Source of the DNA: Macrostomum lignano
Taxonomy: Eukaryota
Length of the DNA: 64,000 nucleotides
Direction: 5' to 3'
NCBI GenBank assembly: GCA_002269645.1
Contig: NIVC01001370.1
Span: 62,001 to 126,000, forward strand
Position numbers and translations under genes: made by a program. The notes beneath the pieces were generated by a model. The model was not told where the DNA came from and made no database searches. It was given only the letters and a program-made list of their open reading frames with translations. Shown in pieces: positions 1 to 11,800 of the stretch. The stretch's first letter is position 1, and each line of letters begins with the position of its first letter.

Positions 1-156
1 AGACAGCAGGCAGGCAGGCAGACAGACAGACAGACTGATAGACAGACAATGACCAGACAGAAAGACAGACAGACAGACAGACAGACAGACAGCAGGCAGA
101 CAGACAGACAGACAGACAGCAGGCAGGCAGGCAGACAGACAGACAGACTGATAGAC
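1..156. repeat. (GACA/GGCA)n microsatellite, intronic in the HORMAD gene
   Basis: Direct reading of the sequence. Confidence 0.95.
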
Positions 157-382
157 AGGCGGATATATTAGGAGTCAAAAACAAGCAAGCAGAACAATGA
201 AACAGAGGTGAGGGTATAAACTAAATAATTTTCAATAACAGAAAAAATCAACATAGAAAAATTCAGCAGTAAACCAAAATATAAACAACAAAATCTAATA
301 GCATAGCAACCCAAATACGAGCTAAAGGTAAAGCAACCTCCAAAAATCATTGCTATGAAAAATGAGCCAATATTGTACATAC

Positions 383-672
383 CCATTGAATTTCTGAAAA
401 AAGAAATAGAGTACCGATATGGTTAAAACTTGAGCGACAAGAATAAAATGGCAGGGAAAATTCAAAATCCCGACAGCCAAATTAAACTGCGAACTCACGG
501 TGAACACGTCGCCAAGCCGCAACTCGATCTCCTCCTCGGGCAGGCGGGCTGGGCTGTCCGGGTCAGCGCGGAAGCCGGGCGGCTCGTATTCATCTGGGGC
601 TGGGTATAGATGGATAGATAGATGGATATATAGATAGATAGATAGATAGATAGAAAGATATATGGATAGATG

Positions 673-719
<47 letters not shown>

Positions 720-784
720 GGATAGATAGATAGATAGATAGATAGATGGATAGATAGATAGATAGATAGATAGAAAGATATATG

Positions 785-851
<67 letters not shown>

Positions 852-852
852 G

Positions 853-886
<34 letters not shown>

Positions 887-3800
887 CAGACACTCACTGT
901 TTCCATTGTAGAATAGCCTCATCTTCATCACCACATTGTCGGTCAGCGGGGCGACGGTCTGAGAAGCCATGATAATGGTCCGCAGAAGTCGGATTGTCGC
1001 GTCGCGAATGGCCTCGTGCGACGTGACGCCGGGAGGAGCAGTCTGCTGCTGGCGTTTGCGCTGCTGCTGTTGCTGCAGCTGTTCTTGGCTGCTGCTCAGA
1101 TCGCAGCTGGCGAACATGTCCTGCGACATGGCGTCCATTCCGGAACTGCAATGAGCGGATAAGTGCGCATGGGCGACAGGTTTTTCGGCGAATCCTTGTA
1201 ACACAGGCCGCGTGGTTTAATGCCAAGTAAGCTGGGGAGGCTGGCCCAGCAACTGACACTCTGGGAGGCTGGCCCAGCTACTGAGGATCTGGGAGGCTGG
1301 CCCAGCAACTGAGGATCTGGGAGGCTGGCCCAGCAACTGAGGATCTGGGAGGCTGGCCCAGCAACTGAGGATCTGGGAGGCTGGCCCAGCAACTGAGGAT
1401 CTGGTAGGCTGGCCCAGTAACTGACACTCTGGGAGGCTGGCCCAGTAACTGACACTCTGGGAGGCTGGCCCAGCAACTGAGGATCTGGGAGGCTGGCCCA
1501 GCAACTGAGGATCTAGGAGGCTGGCCCAGCTACTGAGGATCTAGGAGGCTGGCCCAGCAACTGAGGATCTGGGAGGCTGGCCCAGCAACTGAGGATCTAG
1601 GAGGCTGGCCCAGCAACTGAGGATCTGGGAGGCTGGCCCAGCAACTGAGGATTTGGGAGGCTGGCCCAGCAACTGAGGATCTGGGAGGCTGGCCCAGCAA
1701 CTGGGGATCTGGGAGGCTGGCCCAGCAACTGAGGATCTGGGAGGCTGGCCCAGCAACTGAGGATCTGGGAGGCTGGCCCAGCAACTGAGGATCTGGTAGG
1801 CTGGCCCAGCAACTGGGGATCTGGGAGGCTGGCCCAGCAACTGGGGATCTGGGAGGCTGGCCCAGCAACTGAGGATCTGGTAGGCTGGCCCAGCAACTGA
1901 GGATCTGGGAGGCTGGCCCAGTAACTGACACTCTGGGAGGCTGGCCCAGCAACTAAGGATCTGGGAGGCTGGCCCAGCAACTGAGGATCTGGGAGGCTGG
2001 CCCAGCAACTGAGGATCTGGGAGGCTGGCCCAGCAACTGAGGATCTGGGAGGCTGGCCCAGCAACTGAGGATCTGGGAGGCTGGCCCAGCAACTGAGGAT
2101 CTGGGAGGCTGACTCAGCAACAGAGGGTCTGGGAGGCTGGCCCAGCAACTGAGGGTTCAACTGAATGACGTGACCCATGGTTAGGTGAGGTACAGAGGCG
2201 AGGTTCTAGCGTATCGACAATTTGAAATCTTCCTTTTACGCACCAATCCAGAAGCTCACGAAATCAATAAAAACAACAGCAACAGCAGCGCATGACCCAC
2301 CTGGACGCAGGCACCTCGCGGTGTACATTAACAGAAATTCCGTCCTGACCTCCGTCAATGATAAAGTAGTCGAACTTGAAGTAGTAAGCCTCGACTAGGC
2401 TCTGAAAAATTGTTTATTAAATTCATGAATGATCACACAGGTGGTTACTTAAAAGCAGCCTACGTGTACATTACAAATGAAACATAAAGCCAATAAGAAT
2501 TATCTCACCTCCTCCTGAGATCCGCTTTCATTGGTTTTATAGAACTAAAATAACACATTTGAAGAGTACTTGAGTACTTTAAACGTTGCTTTATATGCGT
2601 ACATAGGAGAACTATATTGCTTAAACGTTTCATTATATCTCTACTTACCCCAACCATGGCCTTCTTCAGCTGAAAAATATAATGCAACAGTGTTTTTAGT
2701 TGTGAATAGAAGTAACAAATTGTAGGACAATGGTACTGGTTCTCGTGGGTTTGGAGCCGGATTTTTGCGGGTTTTGGAATTGGATTTTGGTGGGTTTTAG
2801 GGGCGAATTCTAGTGGGTTTTGGAGCGGATTCTAACGGGTTTTTAGGACGGATTATTGTGTGTTTTGGGGAGGATTCTTGTGGAGTTTGGGGGCGGATTC
2901 TTGTGGGTTTTGGGGCGGATTCTTGTGGGTTTTGGAGCGGATTCTAACGGGTTTTTAGGACGGATTATTGTGTGTTTTGGGGCGGATTCTTGTGGGTTTT
3001 GGGGCGGATTCTTGTGGGTTTTGGGGCGGATTCTTGTGGGTTTTGGGGCGGATTTTTGTGGGTTTTGGAGCGGATTCTTGTGTGTTTTGGGGCGGATTCT
3101 TGTGTGTTTTGGGGCGGATTCTTGTGGGTTTTGGAGCGGATTCTTGTGTGTTTTGGGGCGGATTCTTGTGGGTTTCGGAGCGGATTCTTGTGAGTTTGGG
3201 GGCGGATTCTTGTGGGTTTTGGAGCGGATTATTGTGGGTTTCGGAGCGGATTCTTGTGAGTTTGGGGGCGGATTCTTGTGGGTTTTGGAGCGGATTATTG
3301 TGTTTTGGGGCGGATTCTTGTGTGGGTTTTGGAGCGGATTATTGTGTGTTTTGGGGCGGATTCTTGATGGTTTTGGAGCGGATTATTGTGTGTTTTGTGT
3401 GTTTTCGGGGAGCGGATTCTTGTGAGTTTGGGGGCGGATTCTTGTGGGATTCGGGGAGCGGATTCTTGTGAGTTTGGGGGCGGATTCTTGTGGGATTCGG
3501 GGAGCGGATTCTTGTGAGTTTGGGGGCGGATTCTTGTGGGATTCGGGGAGCGGATTCTTGTGAGTTTGGGGGCGGATTCTTGTGGGATTCGGGGAGCGGA
3601 TTCTTGTGAGTTTGGGGGCGGATTCTTGTGGGTTTTGGGGCGGATTCTTGTGAGTTTGGGGGCGGATTCTTGTGGGTTTCGGGGAGCGGATTCTTGTGAG
3701 TTTGGGGGCGGATTCTTGTGGGTTTTGGGGCGGATTCTTGTGAGTTTGGGGGCGGATTCTTGTGGGCTTTCAAGGGCGCCAGGGCGGATTCTTGTGGGTG

Positions 3801-4671
3801 GGTTTTGGGAGCGGATTCTCATAGGCCTGGGGACAGATTTTCACAGGTTTTAGGAGGCGACGATCTCATGTTTTTTGGAGACGGTTTTTTATGGTTTTTA
3901 TGGCCGTATTTGTGTTGCTTTTTAAGACAATTAACGGCACATAAATTATTTAGGTACAATCCTGGAGATGAGTAAGGGGGTGGTATTGCGTCCGACCCTC
4001 ATTGTTCACGGAAATTATGGTTTGTGGTGCAATTCACGTAAATGAGGGCTAAACCACAAGACAGAGAGGGCTTAACGACAATGTGTGTCCCAGCGTACGT
4101 ATCCGTGTGTGCTCACAGGGAGACAGCGGAATGGGCCTGACTTATTAAGGGCTTTTTCATTCCAGGAAATTCACGGGAACTGAGGCGCTAGCTAGCTAGC
4201 GACACAGCAAGCCAGCTCACGTATTTCTTATCCAAAGCGTCGAAGCAGCCCCGGACCCAGTAGCAGACTTTCTCGCAGCCGGGGCAGGGCGAGTCGTCAC
4301 GGATAATTTTCAGCCGGATGCCCTCCAGGTTGCGCTCAATGAAGCCGGCCTCTGGGAAGATGCCGCGCAGGTACAGCACGTTGGACAGGGCAACGGCGAA
4401 TAGCTTCTTGACAAAGGTGGCCGACTTCTCCGAGCTGCTGACCTCCGGGAACATCTTCAACCACTGGCGGCGGCGTGGATGGAAGGATTTGGCTTGGGTA
4501 GGACTGCGTGCCTACACTAGAGATTGCAACTGGGTAAAGGGCAGACAGAGACAGACGGACAGACAGACAGACAATGACCAGACAGACAGACAGACAATGA
4601 CCAGACAGACAGACAGACAATGACCAGACAGACAGACAGACAATGACCAGACAGACAGACAGACAATGACC

Positions 4672-4709
<38 letters not shown>

Positions 4710-4778
4710 TGACCAGACAGACAGACAGACAGACAATGACCAGACAGACAGACAAAAATACAGACCAGACAGACAGGC

Positions 4779-4827
<49 letters not shown>

Positions 4828-5051
4828 CAGACAGACAATGACCAGACAGACAGACAGACAGACACAGACAGACAATGACCAGACAGACAGACAGGCAGGC
4901 AGACAGACAGACAGACAGGCAGGCAGACAGACAGACAGACAGAGACAAAGACCAGACAGATACAGACAGGCAGGCAGGCAGACAGAGACAGTGACAATGT
5001 TGTAAAACTTACACTAGTCGCCTTGGATCCACTAGTCACGGCAGTAGGCAT
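383..5051 (-). CDS. HORMAD1: HORMA-domain meiotic chromosome axis protein (HORMAD1/2, Hop1 family); multi-exon, 3' end lies outside the window
   Basis: Phase-compatible GT-AG exons (minus strand): 5013-5051 ([13 protein letters not shown]), 4221-4511 (..[52 protein letters not shown]), 2649-2669 (LKKAMVG), 2509-2544 ([12 protein letters not shown]), 2301-2401 ([12 protein letters not shown]..), 898-1145 (..[32 protein letters not shown]), 499-599 ([18 protein letters not shown]), and probably 383-393 (KFNG). The first seven exons sum to 837 nt in one frame. The motifs YLRGIFPE, G-x-[FY]DAL-x-KKY, E-x-Y-x-FKF-x-Y and TP-x-x-Y-x-PPGF match the HORMAD/Hop1 HORMA domain as I recall it. Confidence 0.93.
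606..890. repeat. (GATA)n microsatellite filling a HORMAD intron
   Basis: Occupies almost all of intron 600-897. Confidence 0.95.
1230..2152. repeat. 28-bp minisatellite (GAGGATCTGGGAGGCTGGCCCAGCAACT)
   Basis: Period of 28 read from unit starts at 1261 and 1289; about 33 copies; same family as 11664-14758. Confidence 0.95.
2745..3830. repeat. About 22-bp minisatellite (GGGGCGGATTCTTGTGGGTTTT)
   Basis: Period of 22 read from 3001 and 3023, with length variants; intronic in the HORMAD gene. Confidence 0.93.
4541..4995. repeat. (GACA)n microsatellite with recurring ATGACC interruptions
   Basis: Fills HORMAD intron 1 (4512-5012). Confidence 0.95.
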
Positions 5052-5240
5052 TATTGTTAATTTTTTTCGCTTTTGAAAACAAAATCTAAACTTTCGAAAC
5101 TTATGCGTATTGTATCACTTCTCTGCTGTTAATATAAGTAGGTCGATAGCGGACCAAGTAGGCAGAAATTTGGATAGATTATACAATAAATCTGTAGATA
5201 AAGTCTTAATAAGTTATCAGGTAAAGTGGCTCGCTTGATG

Positions 5241-5641
5241 AAGAGTAGATAAATAAAGGTAAATATCAACATGAAGTATTATTTGAGTTGCCGATGCATT
5301 TCGTCCATTTGCATTAGGACATCGTCAGGGTCTTTTTATTGAAGACCCTGATCAGAATTTTTTAGCTGATTTGTCAATGACCGGACTGGCTTGAAACTGA
5401 TATGCACTTTACCCAACCAATACTGTATCAAAAATTGATTACTATGTACAAGTTTTAAACCATCAATTAAAAACTCAATTCAACTACTCTTGTTACTCTC
5501 AACTATCTATATATACTGAATATTCGTTCAAATTGTTTCTCAATAAAAAGACCCTGACGATGTCCTAATGCAAATGGACGAAATGCATCGGCAACTCAAA
5601 TAATACTTCATGTTGATATTTACCTTTATTTATCTACTCTT
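5241..5641. mobile_element. Foldback/MITE-like element with 102-bp inverted arms
   Basis: 5241-5342 is the reverse complement of 5540-5641 (AAGAGTAGAT...TTTTTATTGA), with a spacer of about 197 bp. No target-site duplication identified. Confidence 0.7.
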
Positions 5642-5814
5642 AATAAGTTATTACAGATTAGCTATGCATAAAAAGTACAAACACAAAAGACATAAATTTA
5701 GTAGATCAATGAGGAGCTGCTCCATCAAAATCATCAACAATGACAGTATGTACTTAATGAAAGCTACATTAAATCCAATATGCAAAAAAATGCAATTCTA
5801 TCTAAGCTACGCTA

Positions 5815-7386
5815 CTAATTAGTAGTAGATTTAAATCGTTGAAACGCTGCCAAACCGCCTAGCAGAGCAGCCTGATGCATAGCTGAGCACAGCCAATACA
5901 GAGCTACGCTAGCCGGCGCGTAATAAGCTCCAATGTACAACAGTAAAGCATTGGCACCGGCTACCAGGCCAGTGAGAACAGCGGGCGGTATCGAGGGCAG
6001 ACCGGCTGGCAGTGGAATTGACTGTTTAGGCAGTCCCCGATTCGGCAGCAGGTAGTTGAATATATTTAAGGCTACAGTGGCCAATGGCAGGGCGCAGTAG
6101 GGATCTGGTAGGCAGAGCCAGGCTGGGTTAATCGGGCTAGGAATGGCGCCGCACAGGGCGCGGATAGCGGCGCTAGAACAGACGAACACGCCAGCTTGTA
6201 GGGCGGCCGAGCTCAAACCGATGACGACCTGTAGGGCTGCGAATTCGGCCGCTAATTGGCGAAGTTCGACAGATTCGGAGCGCAGCTGTCTGAGGTGGGA
6301 GTCCCGTTCGGCGAGGCTCCAGGACCTGCGAGTGTTGGCGATTAAGGATTTGGGATTTAGAACTTTCATCTGAACAGGCTCCTGTCAATATAGTATTTGT
6401 GTGTGAACATGGTCTGTAATGTAAATATCAAGGGTCTTTAATATATGCTTCTGCATATGTACTTGCGTCTGCTATACGAGAAAATAAGCAAATGAGAAAT
6501 TGTGACAAGGGTCTGTTATGTACAAACCAAGGAGTGACAAGGGTCTGTAATGTAATTTACCAAGGAGTGACAAGGGTCTGTAATGTAATTTACCAAGGAG
6601 TGACAAGGGTCTGTAATGTAATTTACCGAGGTGTGACAAGGGTCTCTTGCGTACTAACCAAGGAGTGACAAGAGTCTCTTGTGTACTAACCAAGGAGTGA
6701 CAAGAGTCTCTTGTGTACTAACCAAGGAGTGACAAGAGTCTCTTGTGTACTAACCAAGGAGTGACAAGAGTCTGGTATGTACTGACCTATGAGTGACAAG
6801 GGTCTGTTATGTACTGACCTATGAGTGACAAGGGTCTGTTATGTACTGACCTATGAGTGACAAGGGTCTGTTATGTACTGACCTATGAGTGACAAGGGTC
6901 TGTTATGTACTGACCTATGAGTGACAATGGCCTGTTATGTACACATGAATAGAGATAACAGGACACAGATAAACTAATATTGCATCACCTTCTTCTAGCC
7001 TCGTAAGCGGCCAACAGCATCAAACGCTGGTCGCATTCCCTAGCTTTCTGTTTCAATTCGTATCGAAACCAAGGCTGCCTAGTCAGAGCTCTGGCCAGTG
7101 CGGGCGGCGCAACAGCTGCCGCAGTGCGTATGGCAACAGTGCCCAGAGCGATGCTGGAGCACCAGGACAGGCCGAGACTGTCCGAGCCGAATGAGAAACA
7201 GCCGGACAGACAGCGAATATGCCAGTGTTCAGGCGACAGGCAGACTGTCAACAGGGTGTTCAACCAGCTGGGATCTGATGACAGTAGACGACGCTGATGC
7301 TGTTGCAGCAGCTGTGATCTGTTGCTGCCAGTAGCAAGCAGCAAGCGCCGGCCTTGGCGGGCAAAGCTATTCAAGCAATTGAGTGA
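5815..7386 (-). CDS. COX18: COX18-like mitochondrial inner-membrane insertase (Oxa1/YidC/Alb3 family); start codon not located
   Basis: Exons 6989-7386 and 5815-6325 join in phase 2 (AG|gtgat ... ctcgcag|G) and total 909 nt. The product has an Arg-rich N-terminus ending RRLLSS that resembles a mitochondrial presequence, then LGLSWCSSIALGTVAIR, LPDPYCALPL and PASVALYWLCS, which are Oxa1-family motifs. The very short tail after the last transmembrane segment favours COX18 over OXA1L. Confidence 0.8.
6502..6945. repeat. 32-33-bp minisatellite (GAGTGACAAGGGTCTG core) in the COX18 intron
   Basis: Periods of 33 (6541/6574) and 32 (6841/6873). Confidence 0.93.
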
Positions 7387-7534
7387 CTGAAATATTGATT
7401 TATTGATGGATTGATCCGAATGAATATCCAAATTGTTAGTATTGAGTATTGTAGAGTATTGTTTATCATTGAATACTAGACTAAACTTTGTATGTAACTG
7501 TTAAGCTTCTATTGTGCGTTTTTGTCTCAACAGG

Positions 7535-8090
7535 GTCATAGGGAATTGCTCCGATGGTTAATGAATCATGGGGTATTGCTCCGATGGTTAATGAATCATG
7601 GGGTATTGCTCCGATGGTTAATAAATCATGGGGAATTGCTCCGATGGTTAATAAATCATGGGGAATTGCTCCGATGGTTAATAAATCATGGGGAATTGCT
7701 CCGATGGTTAATGAATCATGGGGAATTGCTCCGATGATTAATGAATCATGGGGAGTTGCTCCGATGGTTAATAAATCATGGGGAGTTGCTCCGATGGTTA
7801 ATGGCTCATGGGGAATTGCTCCGATAGTTAATGGCTCATGGGGTATTGCTCCGATGGTTAATGATTCATGGGGTATTGCTCCGATGGTTAATGATTCATG
7901 TGGAGTTGCTCCGATGGTTAATAAATCATGGGGAGTTGCTCCGATGGTTAATGGCTCATGGGGAATTGCTCCGATAGTTAATGGCTCATGGGGTATTGCT
8001 CCGATGGTTAATGATTCATGGGGTATTGCTCCGATAGTTAATGGCTCATGGGGTTATGCTCCGATAGTTAATGGCTCATGGGTAATTGCA
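7535..8090. repeat. 30-bp minisatellite (TTGCTCCGATGGTTAATAAATCATGGGGAA)
   Basis: Period of 30; about 18 copies. Confidence 0.93.
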
Positions 8091-8831
8091 AAAGTTACTG
8101 TATCTAGCCAACAGAAAATTGAGACTAAACAGTAAAAATAAAACTTTGATTGCATAATAAAAAGCAAAGAAGTTGAGCGAATGCCGACCTGTTTCTCGCG
8201 CAGACATATATTACAATGTATAAAGCAATATTTACAATAATAATTAGTTGCTACCAATTAACTACACATAAAATAAAAAGTAAACATCACAAAATTTTGA
8301 GCATAGCCGGTACAGACTAAAGTGCAAATTAATAACATCTCTATAGGGGTGTTAAGTGATACAAAGCAAATTACAGTAATACAGGAATAGAGGTTTATAC
8401 AATCGAAAAAGATAAACAAATATAGTTAGCTGAATGAATGCAAAATTATAGGAATGATTATAACAAAAATTCGTTTTTAAATTGTTTAATTTGAGAAAGT
8501 TTTAGCAGACAATGCACGCACACTTGTGCACAGAATTACAAGCTAAAAACATTACAAATTTTTTGTGAACTTAGAGAATTCACGGCAAAGCATATGGATT
8601 CGAATGACACTAGCTAGGCCAATCGCTATCTTAGATGCAACCTAAATAAAAAAATTGTCGCTTATAGCCTACTAACTGTTGGACATATCGAGTGCAAATA
8701 ACTGCCGAATTTTACGACAAAACCAAGGAAAACCCTATCTATATACAAAAAAACTCTGACCATAAACTCGGTGCGCTACTTACAGTAGTCAAATTAGTAG
8801 TAAAATACATTTTTATCCTAGGATAAATCTA

Positions 8832-11800
8832 CTATGAGAAAACTAGCTTTCTCATCTGCGGCAGAGGATGCCCACTAGCTAGAGGAGTCGATGCGACAGC
8901 GGCGGCGTCAGTTGACAGAGTGGCCGAAGGCAAAGCCAGCTGCTGTCTAGTTCGACTATGCTGAGTAGCCTCGCTCAATACTAGGTCGGTTTGACGTTTC
9001 AACTCGGTCACGTGACCATCGATTCGTCGAACAACTGACTCTTTATCGTCTGTAGCGTTCCGACGATCGTCGTAATAGTCTTCGAAGTCGGTATCGTCGC
9101 CAATTAGGCTGGACAGCATCCGGTTCTCCGATTCGGCTCGGTCGGCTCTGGCCTCGGCGGCGGCCAGCCGCTGTAGTAGGCTGCGGCGCTCCGACTGCCA
9201 GTCCTGACGCTGCACCTCCAAGCCGCTGGTGGCGGTGGCGGAGGCGCCGATGCAACGACCGGAGCGGAGTTGAGAGTTCTCTAAGCGAAGCGCTTCTAAT
9301 TGAGCTGTTACGGCGCCTAGCTCAACCTGGAGTGTTAAAACAGTTGGTGACGGTGAGGAACAGGTGAGATTGGAGTTACATAGATTAAGTGAAACTTGAT
9401 TGGGTGAGAATAGTGGAAAACACGGAGTGAGAATAGAGTGAAGTGTGATATTCGACAAAAAGAATGGGTGGCGATGAGATTGGATCAGGAATAGGTCTGA
9501 CTGGACGAAGTGTGGATGAGATTGGACCCATTCTTCCTCATTCAGAATTAGTCCAGCAGGATGAGACTGGACGAAGAAGGGTGAGATTGGACAATGGGTG
9601 GGACGGATCAGGAATGGGGAGATTGGAGCAGGAATGGGTGAGATTAGACCCATTCTTCCTCATTCAGGTTGGAATTAGTCCAGCAGGATGAGACTGGACG
9701 AAGAAGGGTGAGATTGGACAATGGGTGGGACGGATCAGGAATGGGTGAGATTGGACAAGGAATGGGTGAGATTAGACCCATTCTTCCTCATTCAGGTTGG
9801 AATTAGTCCAGCAGGATGAGACTGGACGAAGAAGGGTGAGATTGGACAATGGGTGGGACGGATCAGGAATGGGTGAGATTGGACAAGGAATGGGTGAGAT
9901 TAGACCCATTCTTCCTCATTCAGGTTGGAATTAGTCCAGCAGGATGAGACTGGACGAAGAAGGGTGAGATTGGACAATGGGTGGGACGGATCAGGAATGG
10001 GTGAGATTGGACAAGGAATGGGTGAGATTAGACCCATTCTTCCTCATTCAGGTTGGAATTAGTCCAGCAGGATGAGACTGGACGAAGAAGGGTGAGATTG
10101 GACAATGGGTGAAACGGATCAGGAATGGGGAGATTGGACAAGGAATGGGTGGGATTGGAGCAGGAATGGGTGGGATTGGAGCAGGAATGGGTGAGATTGG
10201 ACAAGGAATGGGTGGGATTGGAGCAGGAATGGGTGAGATTGGACAAGGAATGGGTGGGATTGGAGCAGGAATGGGTGAGATTGGACAAGGAATGGGTGGG
10301 ATTGGAGCAGGAATGGGTGAGATTGGACAAGGAATGGGTGGGATTGGAGCAGGAATGGGTGAGATTGGACAAGGAATGGGTGGGATTGGAGCAGGAATGG
10401 GTGAGATTGGACAAGGAATGGGTGGGATTGGAGCAGGAATGGGTGAGATTGGACAAGGAATGGGTGGGATTGGAGCAGGAATGGGTGAGATTGGACAAGG
10501 AATGGGTGGGATTGGAGCAGGAATGGGTGAGATTGGACAAGGAATGGGTGGGATTGGAGCAGGAATGGGTGAGATTGGACAAGGAATGGGTGGGATTGGA
10601 GCAGGAATGGGTGAGATTGGACAAGGAATGGGTGGGATTGGAGCAGGAATGGGTGAGATTGGACAAGGAATGGGTGGGATTGGAGCAGGAATGGGTGAGA
10701 GCAGCCGCAGACCTGGCATCTTTCAACTTCGTCCGCAGCGGCGGCGGCCCGCCGTTCAGCCGTCGCCAGCCTGTCAACTTGGCAGTCTCGCTGGGCGGTC
10801 ACGCCAGAGATTTGAGCCTCCAAGCCGGCCAGCGCCTCCCGCAGTCCGTCAAGCTGGGCCCGGTCGGCGTCTCGTCTGGCCGTGGAGGCGGCGCGCACCG
10901 ACTCCAATTCGGCGCCGAGTTCGCGGCATTGGCGCCTTAGCTGGTCGGCGTCGGCCTCGGCGTCGGCGCGGGCGGCGTCGGCCTCTTCGGCAGTTTGTCG
11001 CTCCCGCTGGGCGAGGTCGCGAACTCGCGATCGCAACGAGTCCAATTCGTCGGCTAGTCGGCCGAGCTCTGAGCTAGTCAGCTCCGTCTGGCAGCCGCGA
11101 TCGCCTCGGCAGATGTCCGGATTGGCCGACACTTTGTCCCCGGCGCTGCAGTGCATTTAACAACGTATTTGAGAAAAACATTTACTTTACTACTATAAGT
11201 AGAGTTTGCTTTATTTTATTGATTAGATACTATACTACTAACAAAAGTACGCTCTTAGTTAAAATTTATCACAATAAAATCGGGATTTTGCTAATTTTCA
11301 CTGAAAAACAGTGAAGATACTACTGAGCAACATTCGCAGTCAAATTTCAGTAGCTTAGATGCGCATGGACCGTCAATTTTGTGTACAATTTTTAGAGTCG
11401 AAAATACTAAGAAAGGGCAACCAAAGCGACTCGCAATGCTCAGTTCTCACCTATGCAATTCGTGAAGTTCGGCCTCCCTGGCCCGCAGCTCCATGGCCAG
11501 TCGGGAGGCTTCCACCTCGGCCCGTTGAGTGGACTTGCGCGCCGATTGCAGCTCCGCTTCTAAGCGCTCTTTTTCCTCGGTCAATTCGCAACAAGCGGCC
11601 GAGCTTTCGGCTAAGCGAGACTTCAGCTTGGCTGCAGATGAGGACTGCGAATGATAGGAATGGGTGGCGGCCCAGCAACTGAGGATCTGGAAGGATGGCC
11701 CAGCTACTGAGGATCTGGAAGCAAGGCCCAGCTACTGAGGATCAGCAACTGAGGATCTGGAAGGATGGCCCAGCAACTGAGGATCTGGAAGGATGGCCCA

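Noticed and set aside
590-3853. Long track ORFs such as (SIYL)n, ([16 protein letters not shown])n and (GADSCGF)n
   Set aside because: They are translations of stop-free intronic repeats, often open in several frames at once. Only the parts overlapping the HORMAD exons are real.
10109-11077. Plus-strand 322-aa Gly/Met-rich ORF (GMGGIGAGMGEIGQ)n resembling a structural protein
   Set aside because: It is the antisense reading of the intronic 21-bp array plus CEP63 exon 4. No unique domain and no independent splice structure.
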